Shown here one piece after another: positions 9,655 through 19,574 of a DNA stretch of 64,000 nt. The DNA is from Amazonocrinis nigriterrae CENA67. Its GTDB lineage: Bacteria > Cyanobacteriota > Cyanobacteriia > Cyanobacteriales > Nostocaceae. The translations under genes were made by a program, and so were the position numbers. The stretch spans positions 66,945-130,944 of the forward strand of contig NZ_JAECZC010000086.1 in the NCBI RefSeq assembly GCF_016056305.1. Direction: 5' to 3'. The notes beneath the pieces are model-generated. The model saw nothing but the letters and a program-made list of their open reading frames with translations, was not told the DNA's origin and made no database searches. How positions within the stretch are numbered: position 1 is the stretch's first letter; the number at the start of each line of letters is the position of its first letter.

Positions 9655-10093
9655 TTTTTAATAGCACTAAACTTTCTTCAATGTGGGAAAGTTCTTCATC
9701 TGTCATTCCCTGAAGCAACTCAGCGATTTGAGCGCGGGTATGGGCTTGTGATTGTTGCAGATGGTACTTCCCTTCATCAGTGAGATTAAGGACGATGCGC
9801 CGTCGTTCTTGAGGATGGTGATAGCGTTCCACCAAGCTGCGTTGTACTAGCCGTTCTATGGTTGCTGATGCTGTAGCAGATGTTACACCGAGATGGTCTG
9901 CTAAGTCAGATAATGAAGCACCAGGATTACGATTGAGAAATGCTAGCGATCGCAACTGAGGTATGGAAAGAAAAGCAGCATTGTGGGCCCGCATCTCAGA
10001 TCGGATAAACCGCATTACTAATGGAACTGTTTCCATTACTCTGGCAGCACATTCTTCGGAATTTGTACCTTGAGCGGGTTTATCCAAGGTCAT
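9614..10093 (-). CDS. MarR family transcriptional regulator
   Basis: 159 aa; winged-helix motif LS.PQLR.LAFLNRNPGASLSDLADHLGVTSATASATIERLV; overlaps the MFS gene, consistent with a typical MarR-efflux operon. Confidence 0.85.
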   Translation of the reverse strand: MTLDKPAQGTNSEECAARVMETVPLVMRFIRSEMRAHNAAFLSIPQLRSLAFLNRNPGASLSDLADHLGVTSATASATIERLVQRSLVERYHHPQERRRIVLNLTDEGKYHLQQSQAHTRAQIAELLQGMTDEELSHIEESLVLLKNVFEQTEFNSQKQ

Positions 10094-10458
10094 AGGATGT
10101 TGTTCTCCTGATTACATTGACACCTGTGGATCAAGTTGTCCACAGATAAGGGTTCAGTCTATTAATGCTAGCAAGAGAATTGTACAATCCAGACCAGAGC
10201 TTTAGATGTTAGTACCACTACGCAAAAGCCAAATCTGAAAGTCAACAGCTATGGTTTTGTGGAATTTTTGGTCTTTTTTTAGTGAATACGCGTATCTAGC
10301 GCACGCTATCTTAGTGGCATTCCTGATTAACGTGAGTTCGATGAACCTGTACCCAACTCCTCAAAGGACGCAGATATTGGCTCTAAATATCCTTAGTTAT
10401 CAACGAAAAAATCAAACTTTGGAGAGGAGTGTTTTTAATCTGTCGAACTCACGTCTAA

Positions 10459-11313
10459 TTACATTGCCACTCGTGGATAAAGTCGTCCACCAATGATGGC
10501 TAAGACTGTTAATGTAAATGCAAGAATCATCAAGTCAAAACCAAAGCCGTAGACACTGGAGCCATTCAATAGCATCGTGCCACGCAAAGCGTCAACCTGG
10601 TAAGTTAAGGGGTTCAAGTGGGAAATGAACTTTAACCAGCCGGGCATAATAGCAACGGGATAGATCGCATTACTGGCAAAAAATAACGGCATGGTTAACA
10701 TTTGCCCAATTCCTGTCATCCGTTCTCGTGTTTTCGCCAAACAACCAATGATTAGCGAAAAAATGCAAAAACAACCTGCGCCCAACATTACTAGTAGTAA
10801 CACTTGGAAAATAGCTATAGGATGAAAATTAAGTTTGACACCTAAAAACGTTGCTATTGCGTAAATGACCAATACTTGTGATAGACAACGCACTCCACAC
10901 GCAAGAGCTTTGCCCAAGACCATAGCTACGCGCGGTGTAGGACTGGCTAGAAATTTATGCACAATTCCTAAATCTCGCTCCCAGATTAGTGTCATCCCAC
11001 CAGTGAAAATTGCTATATACAACACACTCTGAGCAAGAATACCAGCAGCCATGAAGTCTAAATAGGGTAAGCTTCCTGTAGGAATCTCCCGAAGGCGGGC
11101 AAATACTTGCCCAAAAATGAGTAGCCACAATGATGGTTGTACAGAACGGACTACTAAATCAGTGGGGTCGTGGCGCAGTTTACGCACTTCCAATTCAGCA
11201 ATCACGAAGGTTTTTGTAACTAGCTCTTTAATTGCAGAGATGATATTACCTCGCCTAGCAGTTGGTGCTTTAACCCAACCGCTGGGCAGTACGTCTGGTT
11301 CTTGCTGTATCAC
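10459..11313 (-). CDS. ABC-2 type transporter permease
   Basis: 284 aa, six TM helices, ABC-2 family architecture; overlaps the upstream ATPase gene. Confidence 0.8.
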   Translation of the reverse strand: MIQQEPDVLPSGWVKAPTARRGNIISAIKELVTKTFVIAELEVRKLRHDPTDLVVRSVQPSLWLLIFGQVFARLREIPTGSLPYLDFMAAGILAQSVLYIAIFTGGMTLIWERDLGIVHKFLASPTPRVAMVLGKALACGVRCLSQVLVIYAIATFLGVKLNFHPIAIFQVLLLVMLGAGCFCIFSLIIGCLAKTRERMTGIGQMLTMPLFFASNAIYPVAIMPGWLKFISHLNPLTYQVDALRGTMLLNGSSVYGFGFDLMILAFTLTVLAIIGGRLYPRVAM

Positions 11314-12124
11314 GGTAGCTGACTCCTGATGTTAATTGGTCACCTGTGTAGTGAATAAACACATCATCCAAAGTTGCGTTAGGTTTATCCAAGGAGGCTT
11401 TTAAGTCACTTGGTGCGCCTATGGTTGCGACTGCGCCCTGCTGCATAATCGCTACTCGATTACACAAATTGTCGGCTTCTTCTAAAAAGTGGGTTGTTAA
11501 AAATATGGTTGTGCCGTAATCAACACAAAGTTGTTTTACGAGCTGCCATACTTGAGTACGAGCGATGGGATCTAGTCCGACTGTCGGCTCATCAAGAAAC
11601 AAAATTTGCGGTTGATGCAGTACTGATATGGCAATTTCTAATTTACGAATCATGCCACCAGAGTAGTTTCGTACCAAGCGATTTGCAGCATCTTGCAAAC
11701 CCATGAATGCCAAAATATCACGGATGTGCTGACGCCGACGGGAAAAGGGAATTTCATACAGTTTGGCAAAGATTAACAGATTTTCGTAACCTGTGAGGCT
11801 ACCATCAGCAGAGAGAGCCTGTGGCACGTAGCCAATAACTCGCCTAACAGCATTAGGTTGATGGGTTACGTCGTAGCCAGCTAAAATTGCCTTCCCAGTA
11901 CTAAGAGGTAGTAATGTCGTTAACATTTTAATAGCTGTACTCTTACCTGCGCCATTTGGGCCGAGTAAGCCAAACACTTCACCCTGTTCCACAGATATGT
12001 TCAGGTTATCAACGGCGGTAAATTTACCAAAGCGGCGTGTGAGTTTCTGGGTTTCTAGAATAATCGGTTTCGGTTGGCTGGCAGGTGTTTCCGACCGATC
12101 TGTTTTTCCTGTCAGTGTTGTCAC
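11270..12124 (-). CDS. ABC transporter ATP-binding protein (DrrA-like exporter ATPase)
   Basis: 284 aa; Walker A GPNGAGKST, signature YSGGMIRKLEIA, Walker B ILFLDEPTVGLD, H-loop TTH. Confidence 0.9.
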   Translation of the reverse strand: MTTLTGKTDRSETPASQPKPIILETQKLTRRFGKFTAVDNLNISVEQGEVFGLLGPNGAGKSTAIKMLTTLLPLSTGKAILAGYDVTHQPNAVRRVIGYVPQALSADGSLTGYENLLIFAKLYEIPFSRRRQHIRDILAFMGLQDAANRLVRNYSGGMIRKLEIAISVLHQPQILFLDEPTVGLDPIARTQVWQLVKQLCVDYGTTIFLTTHFLEEADNLCNRVAIMQQGAVATIGAPSDLKASLDKPNATLDDVFIHYTGDQLTSGVSYRDTARTRRTAQRLG

Positions 12125-12361
12125 AAGTTTGATGCACTTCCTTAGTTAGAAAAACTAACTATTAGTTTGACAATATATTGTGAGTAAGTCAATAGTTTTT
12201 TGGGGAATGGGGCATGGGGCACTTGTGCCGACTTGGGCTGAGCTTGCCCTGAGCGTAGCCGAAGCAGCGAAGTCGAGGTGAGCCGAAGTATTGGGCATGG
12301 GGAATGATACAAAATAATTAGTAATTTTTAATACCTAGTGCGCTATGTTCTATTCCCATAG

Positions 12362-12502
12362 CGGGACTTACGCAAAAATCACGAAAAAGCTTAATTTATT
12401 ATAGACGCGAAGCGGCTTGCCGAAGGCTACCGCCAAGGCGCTAAGAACGCCAAGAATTTGTAGAGTGTGCGTAAGTCCTAAAAACGCTGTAAGTCCTGAC
12501 TC
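12362..12502. mobile_element. second copy of the GGACTTACGCA-terminated MITE-like element
   Basis: GGGACTTACGCAA at 12363 and GTGCGTAAGTCCT at 12467, plus an extra GTAAGTCCTGAC at 12490; an isolated terminal fragment TGCGTAAGTCC also occurs at about 20319. Confidence 0.6.
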
Positions 12503-12589
12503 AATGCCCAATTTCCCATGCCCAATGACGCCATTTGCTCCACTTGGGGAGACCCCAAGACCGCAATGGCTCCCCAATGCCCAAATTTC

Positions 12590-15235
12590 TTATCTTTGAA
12601 CAGTCATGATTCGTTGATTTTGAAGGACTTCTGTGGCTTTTTCAGCAGAAAGCGGTTTGTAGAACAGAAAACCCTGTACATCTTCACAATTGATAGATTT
12701 GAGAAAATCTAGTTCTTCTGGCTTTTCTACCCCTTCGGCGGTCAGCCTCAATCCTAGACTCCTTGCCAAGGTAACGATCGCTTTGACAATATGAGCCACT
12801 CTGACATCTGTTGTCAACTGTTGAATGAAAGACTTGTCAATTTTGAGATTGTGGATTGGTAATAGTTGCAGACGTGAGAGGGAAGAATGACCTGTACCAA
12901 AGTCATCGATTGAAAGATGAACACCCATCTTTTCGAGATTTCGCAATACTGTTCTAGTGAACTCTAAATCTTCGATCGCAGTGGATTCAGTAATTTCTAA
13001 TTCTAAAAAATGAGGCTCTAACCTCGTCTGTTCTAAGATTTCAGCTACAGTTTCTACTAGTTTAGGTTGGCGGAACTGTTTAGGAGAGAGATTAACAGCA
13101 ATCTTCAAAGGAGGCAATCCTGCTTGTTGCCAGACTTGATTTTGAATACAGGCTGCCCGTAAAACCCATTCGCCAATAGGTATAATTAATCCACTTTCCT
13201 CGGCGATAGGAATAAAAACACTAGGCCCTACTAGTCCCATTTCCGGGTGCTTCCAGCGTAACAGCGCCTCCATACCAGTAATTTTATTTGTAGCAATGTT
13301 TACTCTTGGCTGGTAGTACACCGTTAATTCATTTCTTTCTAAGGCATAGCGCAGACTCTTCTCTAAAGTCAAAAATTCAGGATTTTTGGTACTTAGGCTA
13401 GTGGTATAGAACTGATAGTTATTTCTTCCTTCGTCTTTGGCATAATACAAAGCTGTATCTGCGTGCTTGATCAAAGTTTCAGCATCAGGACTATGTTCAT
13501 CTAGCAGGGAAATGCCGAGGCTAGCACTGACGTAAAGTTCGTGACCATCAAGATTGAAGGCATTCTCCAAAGCGTTGAGGATTCTCCAGGCTACTTGAGT
13601 AACTTCTTCCAGACAATTGACTCGTGGTAGTAGGATAGTAAATTCATCTCCTCCCCAACGAGCAACACTATCACCGCTTCTGAGAGAATCTTTCAATCTT
13701 TGAGCCACCTGTTGTAACAGTCGGTCTCCTAAACTGTGCCCTAGGGTGTCATTGATGATTTTGAAACGATCCAAATCAAGGAACATTACAGCTAAACTTT
13801 CGTGATTACGAAGCGCGTTAGGTAAGGCTTTGGAAAGTAGCTCATTAAATAGTAGGCGATTTGGTAATCCAGTCAGCAGATCGTGAAGAGCTTGGTAACG
13901 AATCTTTTGCTCTACTTGTTGACGTTGCCTAGCACCACTGATACTAGCCGCCATCGTCAACAGCGTAGATTCTTCATGTCTTGACCAGTGACGTTCTTTT
14001 GAACAGTCGGCTAAGCCGAGGCATCCCCAGAAATCATCTTCTAAGCGCAGGGGCACTAATAGAAGAGATTGAATACCATCTTGGGTAAGCAATTCTTGTT
14101 CGACTGGAGGAAATTCTCTGGTAATGCTGCTAATGGATTGTCCCTGAGAAAGAGTAGTGTACCAACGTGTTAGTTGAGAGGAGTGATAGAGCTGATTCTG
14201 CCAGTGATCTTTAGAATACTCAAGACCAAAGCGTATCCATTCAAATTGGAGGCTGAGTGCCATCTCTCCTGTAACTGGGTGAGGATGGTTGTTGAAGAGA
14301 TAGACGCGATCTGCCTTGGCAGCTTCGCCCAGCACAGCTAAAGCTTTGTCAATTCCTGTTTCATAATTCATTTCCACTAGCAAATAATTAGCCGCTTCTG
14401 CAACTGCTTGGAGTAAGCGATCGCGTTGGCGCAGTTCGGCTTCGGCTTGCTTTTGTTCAGTAATATCACGGACAATAAAAGTCCTAATTAAATCACTTTC
14501 AGGCAGACAATGGACGGATTGTTCAAAAACTTCTTGACCAACTTCCACCTCCCGCACAAAAGGGTTTATTTTTCGATTCTGTACTGCGCTTAATAGTCCC
14601 ATCAGAAGGGGATGCTGCTTTCCAGTTTCTCTGAGCTTGGGAAACTTGAGAGCTGCGGCAGGATTAAGATATGTTACTGTTCCTTGTAAATCCGTCTCGA
14701 TAATTGGATTAGGAACAAGTTCAGGAAAAGATGCTAGGCGAGCCAGTAGAGTTTCACTAGCTCCTTGCCAGCTTGGATCGACAGCTAAGGTTTGAAAACT
14801 ACTAACTGGATTTACTGGTTCCGACAGTAAACTAGACAAGTCTTGAGCTTGGGAAGATTCAGAAAAAGCATTTTCTGAAAGGTTGGTAATAGCGTAATAT
14901 CTAGCCTGAGCTTGATTGTTGCCAAAAAAAATTACATCACCATGTTTGAGGTTATGAGAGGAACACTTATTACCATTGACTATTAAGCCATTAGTGCTAC
15001 TTTTACCCTTGAAGTTACCATCAATAATCAAAAAGCCATATTGGTCAGTCTCTGGAAGAGTTACCCGTAATAAAATGGCGTGTTGCCTGGATACTGATCG
15101 AGAACGGAGAACAATAGAGTTCTCAGGATGCCGCCCAAGAGAATAAGTGGTTTCTTGAAGGGGGATCGTTCGCTGCCCTTGCATGTCTTGGACAATCAAT
15201 AGATGGCGTATTTTTTCCCGCTCATTTCCTGCCAT
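12590..15235 (-). CDS. FHA-PAS-GAF-GGDEF-EAL multidomain c-di-GMP signalling protein
   Basis: 881 aa; N-terminal FHA (TYSLGRHPENSIVL....SRQHAIL), central PAS/GAF-like region, GGDEF motif (RWGGDEF), EAL motif (EALLRW) and downstream EAL-domain residues (DDFGTG). Confidence 0.9.
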   Translation of the reverse strand: MAGNEREKIRHLLIVQDMQGQRTIPLQETTYSLGRHPENSIVLRSRSVSRQHAILLRVTLPETDQYGFLIIDGNFKGKSSTNGLIVNGNKCSSHNLKHGDVIFFGNNQAQARYYAITNLSENAFSESSQAQDLSSLLSEPVNPVSSFQTLAVDPSWQGASETLLARLASFPELVPNPIIETDLQGTVTYLNPAAALKFPKLRETGKQHPLLMGLLSAVQNRKINPFVREVEVGQEVFEQSVHCLPESDLIRTFIVRDITEQKQAEAELRQRDRLLQAVAEAANYLLVEMNYETGIDKALAVLGEAAKADRVYLFNNHPHPVTGEMALSLQFEWIRFGLEYSKDHWQNQLYHSSQLTRWYTTLSQGQSISSITREFPPVEQELLTQDGIQSLLLVPLRLEDDFWGCLGLADCSKERHWSRHEESTLLTMAASISGARQRQQVEQKIRYQALHDLLTGLPNRLLFNELLSKALPNALRNHESLAVMFLDLDRFKIINDTLGHSLGDRLLQQVAQRLKDSLRSGDSVARWGGDEFTILLPRVNCLEEVTQVAWRILNALENAFNLDGHELYVSASLGISLLDEHSPDAETLIKHADTALYYAKDEGRNNYQFYTTSLSTKNPEFLTLEKSLRYALERNELTVYYQPRVNIATNKITGMEALLRWKHPEMGLVGPSVFIPIAEESGLIIPIGEWVLRAACIQNQVWQQAGLPPLKIAVNLSPKQFRQPKLVETVAEILEQTRLEPHFLELEITESTAIEDLEFTRTVLRNLEKMGVHLSIDDFGTGHSSLSRLQLLPIHNLKIDKSFIQQLTTDVRVAHIVKAIVTLARSLGLRLTAEGVEKPEELDFLKSINCEDVQGFLFYKPLSAEKATEVLQNQRIMTVQR

Positions 15236-15954
15236 CGTTCTTCCTCAAGTATTCATGTCTTTAGATATTCGTTGAAAAATACTGCTGTGGTTGAGTTATA
15301 ACCTTTAGTCTCCATTTTCTAAAAAAGCTAGTCACTTTTATTAATGAAGTAGACCTGACGCGATCGCCAAGCTAATGAAATATGCTTAGTTGCGACCTAG
15401 TTTTATCAGTGGAAGTCTTGCTCTTTGTGTTACCTGATGTTAACAACTTGAAAAACCTAGGACTTTCAGTCACTGTCTTTTGCTTCCATTCTTTCTTAAA
15501 TAACTACAATAATTTCAAATGATTAATATTATACATGGTATAATTGCGGATTTTTTCTGAGATGGCTGGCAAGTATCAGTGAAATACATTATTAAGTTAA
15601 TCAAGATAGTATTTTGAAAAATTACTTGGTATTTCTACTGGTAAAGTAATTATCTTTACAAAATTTTATTATTTGAAATTAGTATTAATATAATACCAAT
15701 TTTTGATGAAGATGCGCCTATAAGAATGACGCGAAACAACTCCCCATAGAAGGAATTATGAATTGCTCCTGCGTGAATAAAATTAAACCATAGATAGAAT
15801 TGATATCAGGTATTTATGAACAGTGGAAAGCAAAATCAAAAAAATTTGCATACCTGACTAACCCAGATACAACTTGTTAAGCAGAAGTGCCGCGATCGCC
15901 CATAGACTTTTTGGATGAGAAGCAAATACCATTGGGGTTCGTATCCTTAGTTCG

Positions 15955-16132
15955 AGCGATCGCAAATTATAGAAAATATCGGGTATTAGCAGTCGAAGCA
16001 TACTTTAGGACAGTGCTGATTGCTACTAGCTTTGAAATAACTTGGTTTTTAACGCCAGGTGCTTCAAGTCGGGAAACCCGCCCAACGCACTGGCTCCTCA
16101 GCACTCAGCACTCAGCACTTTGCTATATTAGC
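15955..16132. repeat. about 140-bp dispersed non-coding repeat ending in (CTCAGCA)3-4 CTTTGCTATAT, copy 1 (with a nested truncated MITE)
   Basis: AGCAGTCGAAGCATA.TT.AGGACA.TG.TGATTGCTACTAGC.TTGAAATAACTTG...CTCAGCACTCAGCACTTTGCTATAT is shared with 60559-60696. Confidence 0.75.
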
Positions 16133-16711
16133 AGCACTTAAGCAGGCTGATATGTAGCTATTAATGGGTTTTATTCCTCTTCAATAAACCTGCGCTATGG
16201 GCAATATGTTTCTGTGCTATAGCAATTTTTGCAAGGAGGCTTGTGCAGATTGGTAGCAACCACATAACTCACGATAATTTTTCAACTTGTTGCTGACTGC
16301 TAAAAGTAAAGTTTAGTTTCAAAAAATATTCATCCTCATACATATAGTGTTAACTTATTAATTGAAGCGTAAAGGCTTCCCTGGCAGATCCAACAGCCAA
16401 AGTAAACAAGTTAAATTCAATTAAGAGGTAAAAACGCTGTTTCAAAATCTGTCTCGTTCAATCAAAGCAACACCCAACTTAAACGCTGATATTTCCTCAA
16501 ACTATTAGTGAAAGGGGGCAATACAACTGGTTATCTAACACAATGGAAGTGTTTATCAACTCAGTGTAACCCTGTGGTTTAGTTTGATAATGAGAGGAAA
16601 TAAATTAGGCGGATAGAAAGTTGGGTGTTGCTGTTTTAAGAAGGTAACATCCATAAATCAAAACAGGATTCAAGAACTGAAAAAGCCAAATTTAAGGCTT
16701 TCTTCAAGGCT

Positions 16712-18511
16712 TTAAAAGGGATTGTAAACTAAAGAAAAATACACCCCATCTTCCTGCAATGATTTTCCCTCAGATTCCGCAGATATTAAAGGAATGCCCC
16801 AGTCAAGACGAGCGCTGAAGCGATCGCCTTGTGTCCAACGCAAACCAAGACCAACGGAAGCTAGGGTGTTAGGGTCTGGATTTGGGGCTGAATTATTCCA
16901 GGCAACACCGAAATCTACGAATGGTGCTAGTTTGACAATACTATTTGTTTCGGACAAGCGGAGAATTGGTATTTGCACTTCAGCAGAAGCAAAAGTGCCA
17001 TTATCCGTCAATAATAAATCTTGACGATAGCCCCGAACACTGTCCAAACCACCTAAGCCGAATTGCTCTAAAGGTAACAGCGAAGTAGATGATATTTGGG
17101 TATTTAGGCGTAAAAGTAATAAAGTATCAGGAGCTAAAAGACGCGCCCACTGTGCTTGCCCTTGCCATGCAAAAAACCGGCCATCAGGACGGACTGAATT
17201 AATTGTGGCATTAAATGCACCTGTGCCTAAATTGAATTGAGAACGCAGGGCAATGACTTCACGGCTGTTACGAGATGTCCATTCTTGAAAAAAACGCAAC
17301 GCAGATATACGCGTGCGTCCCTCGTCGTCAGCACCCAAGGAAGGAAAAGCTATGCGATCGCCTTCGATATAAGAGGCTTCACTTTCCCGTCGAGAAGCTG
17401 TGACGCCAAGGGCAAATTCTTGCCTAGGAGTTTGAACAATTGGCTGGCGGAATGTCAGTTCGTAGTAGCGAGAAGAAGATTCAATGTCTAGAACGTTAAA
17501 AGGACGTTCGATCACATTGCTCCATGAAGTACCAAAGTAAAACGAGAGCGTCCCGTTATAAGGATTGATGGGTAACGTATAGCTAGTATCCAAAGCGTTG
17601 CTACCATCAGTGTTAGTGTAGCTGAGACTCAAACCATCTCCTAGTCCTAACAAGTTGGCTTCATTGACTTGTAGCCGCCGTCGAAAGCTACCAACACTAG
17701 GCGATCGCCCGTTATCAAGAACTACTTGGGTACTGAAGGATTTTGCTTCTGCAATCTTGACTTCTAGCACACTTGCACCAGGGCGTGAACCAGCCGACAA
17801 TTCAGCATTCACAGTTTCAATCAAAGGATTAAGTTGCAACAATTGCAGCGCTTCTAAAAGACGGTCTCGATTGAGAGGCGCTGAAGTAGCAATTTTAAGG
17901 CGACTGCGTACATAATTAGGATTTAGTCGCCTAGTGCCAGTGATTTGGATATCTTCCAATTTACCTTCAACCACCTGAATTGTAATCACACCAGACTTAA
18001 TGATTTGAGGTGGGATATAAGCACCAGAAGTAATGTAGCCCTTTTGAATGTATAAATTGGTAATTTGCGATCGCGCTTGAAAAAGTTCGGTTAGAGAGAT
18101 GGGTCTTTTGGTAAATTGCTCAGTAACTTTAGCTAACTCTTCGGGACTAAATACTGTACTGCCAAAAACTTCAAACCGTTCCACAGTGATAGTTTGAGGA
18201 GTTTTGTCAGATGATGGCGGCTCATCAGGTGTGGGAGTTGAAGTTGAGGGTGGAAGTAGTTCTGTTGGTGGGGGAAGTTGTTGTGGTAGTTCGGGTGAGG
18301 GTTGAGGAGAAGGTAAAGCTGGTTGAATATCTTGCGGTGGCACATCTGACGGTGATGGAACTTGCTGCGACAAGATAAAATTGTTGCTAGCTAATTGCGT
18401 AGTATTAAGTGCTTGGGCTTGTAAGGCTCCAGTAGTGACACTGCTAAGGAACACAAATATACTCAGCGGAAAGCAGGACACTGCAAAGGTCTGAGAGTAT
18501 TTTTCAATCAT
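16712..18511 (-). CDS. ShlB/FhaC/HecB-family two-partner-secretion outer-membrane transporter (TpsB)
   Basis: 599 aa; signal peptide, Pro-rich linker (PSPQPSPELPQQLPPP...), POTRA-like region (FEVFGSTVFSPEEL...), C-terminal beta-barrel ending in aromatic residue (VYNPF). Confidence 0.8.
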   Translation of the reverse strand: MIEKYSQTFAVSCFPLSIFVFLSSVTTGALQAQALNTTQLASNNFILSQQVPSPSDVPPQDIQPALPSPQPSPELPQQLPPPTELLPPSTSTPTPDEPPSSDKTPQTITVERFEVFGSTVFSPEELAKVTEQFTKRPISLTELFQARSQITNLYIQKGYITSGAYIPPQIIKSGVITIQVVEGKLEDIQITGTRRLNPNYVRSRLKIATSAPLNRDRLLEALQLLQLNPLIETVNAELSAGSRPGASVLEVKIAEAKSFSTQVVLDNGRSPSVGSFRRRLQVNEANLLGLGDGLSLSYTNTDGSNALDTSYTLPINPYNGTLSFYFGTSWSNVIERPFNVLDIESSSRYYELTFRQPIVQTPRQEFALGVTASRRESEASYIEGDRIAFPSLGADDEGRTRISALRFFQEWTSRNSREVIALRSQFNLGTGAFNATINSVRPDGRFFAWQGQAQWARLLAPDTLLLLRLNTQISSTSLLPLEQFGLGGLDSVRGYRQDLLLTDNGTFASAEVQIPILRLSETNSIVKLAPFVDFGVAWNNSAPNPDPNTLASVGLGLRWTQGDRFSARLDWGIPLISAESEGKSLQEDGVYFSLVYNPF

Positions 18512-19101
18512 GGCACTAGATTAGTTTCAATGAGAAACTAGGCGATATACGGTAACTGCTTCAGATGTAAATACTACTTGATCCTTTGATAGTAAAGTTG
18601 ATATTTTCCACAAATAAGTAGGTAGATATAAAAACTTTATCTCATTTTTGGGTATGGGGAAGAACTGGACTTAGGGGTAGCACACAATACTACTCGCTTT
18701 GTGCATTTTGAACTCAGAATTTGGTTTGGGAAAAGGTTACTGGGGTTGGGTTAAAGGTTTTTTCTTTCCCTTTTCCCCTTCCCCTTTTCCCCTTAACCGA
18801 CAAGTATTGGGGTAGCACATATTTTTCTTTCCCCTATACCCTACACGCTGCACTCTAATTTTAGTCACTCGTCCATTAGGTAGATTACTAGATTGAAGAT
18901 GTCGCCTCGTTAGTCAGAGGACACATGATAAATGGCTTTCTATGATTGGTTCATAAACTAAAAGACAGCACTAAGAACTTATTAGACCTCTTGCAAAAGT
19001 CGTTCTTAGCGTTCTTTTCTTTGCGACTTTGCGACTTTGCGTGAAACAAAAAAAGATTTATGCAAGAAGTCTATTGACTAGCATCAGCAACCATAAAAAG
19101 C

Positions 19102-19536
19102 TTGCGGGGTGACAAATCTGGAGGGAAAATGCAACACGATGAGTTTATTGGACAGGTACAAAATCGTGCCCACCTCAGTTCACGGGGTGATGCAGAAGTT
19201 GCAACCCGTGCTACTTTAGAAACTTTGGCTGAACGGTTAGCTGGAGGTGAGCCTTTCAATGCGGCTGCCCAACTTCCTAAAGGGATTGCAAATTATTTAC
19301 AACACGAATACGCAGGTATGGGAACGCGCTTCTCATTAGATGAATTTTTTCAGCGAGTCAGTCAACGGGAAGGTGTAGAATTGCCAGATGCGGTTTATCA
19401 CGCCCGCGTAGTAATTGAGGTGCTGAGGGAGGCTATTAGCCCAGGCGAAATCAATGATATTCGCTCTCAACTGCCATCAGAATATAATGCATTATTTGAT
19501 GCAGGAAGCCGAGGAGAAATGCGTGCTAATGCGTAA
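19102..19536 (+). CDS. DUF2267 domain protein
   Basis: 144 aa; MQHDEFIGQVQNRAHLSSRGDAEVATRATLETLAERL... matches the conserved cyanobacterial/actinobacterial DUF2267 pattern. Confidence 0.6.
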   Translation: MRGDKSGGKMQHDEFIGQVQNRAHLSSRGDAEVATRATLETLAERLAGGEPFNAAAQLPKGIANYLQHEYAGMGTRFSLDEFFQRVSQREGVELPDAVYHARVVIEVLREAISPGEINDIRSQLPSEYNALFDAGSRGEMRANA

Positions 19537-19574
19537 AGACTGTTTTCTGAAATAACTAGCAGGAGCTGAACACC

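Noticed and set aside
15887-16141. 84-aa ORF in the long intergenic region
   Set aside because: The sequence is composed of the 140-bp dispersed repeat, a nested MITE fragment and a CTCAGCA heptamer array. This is a translation artefact of repeats.
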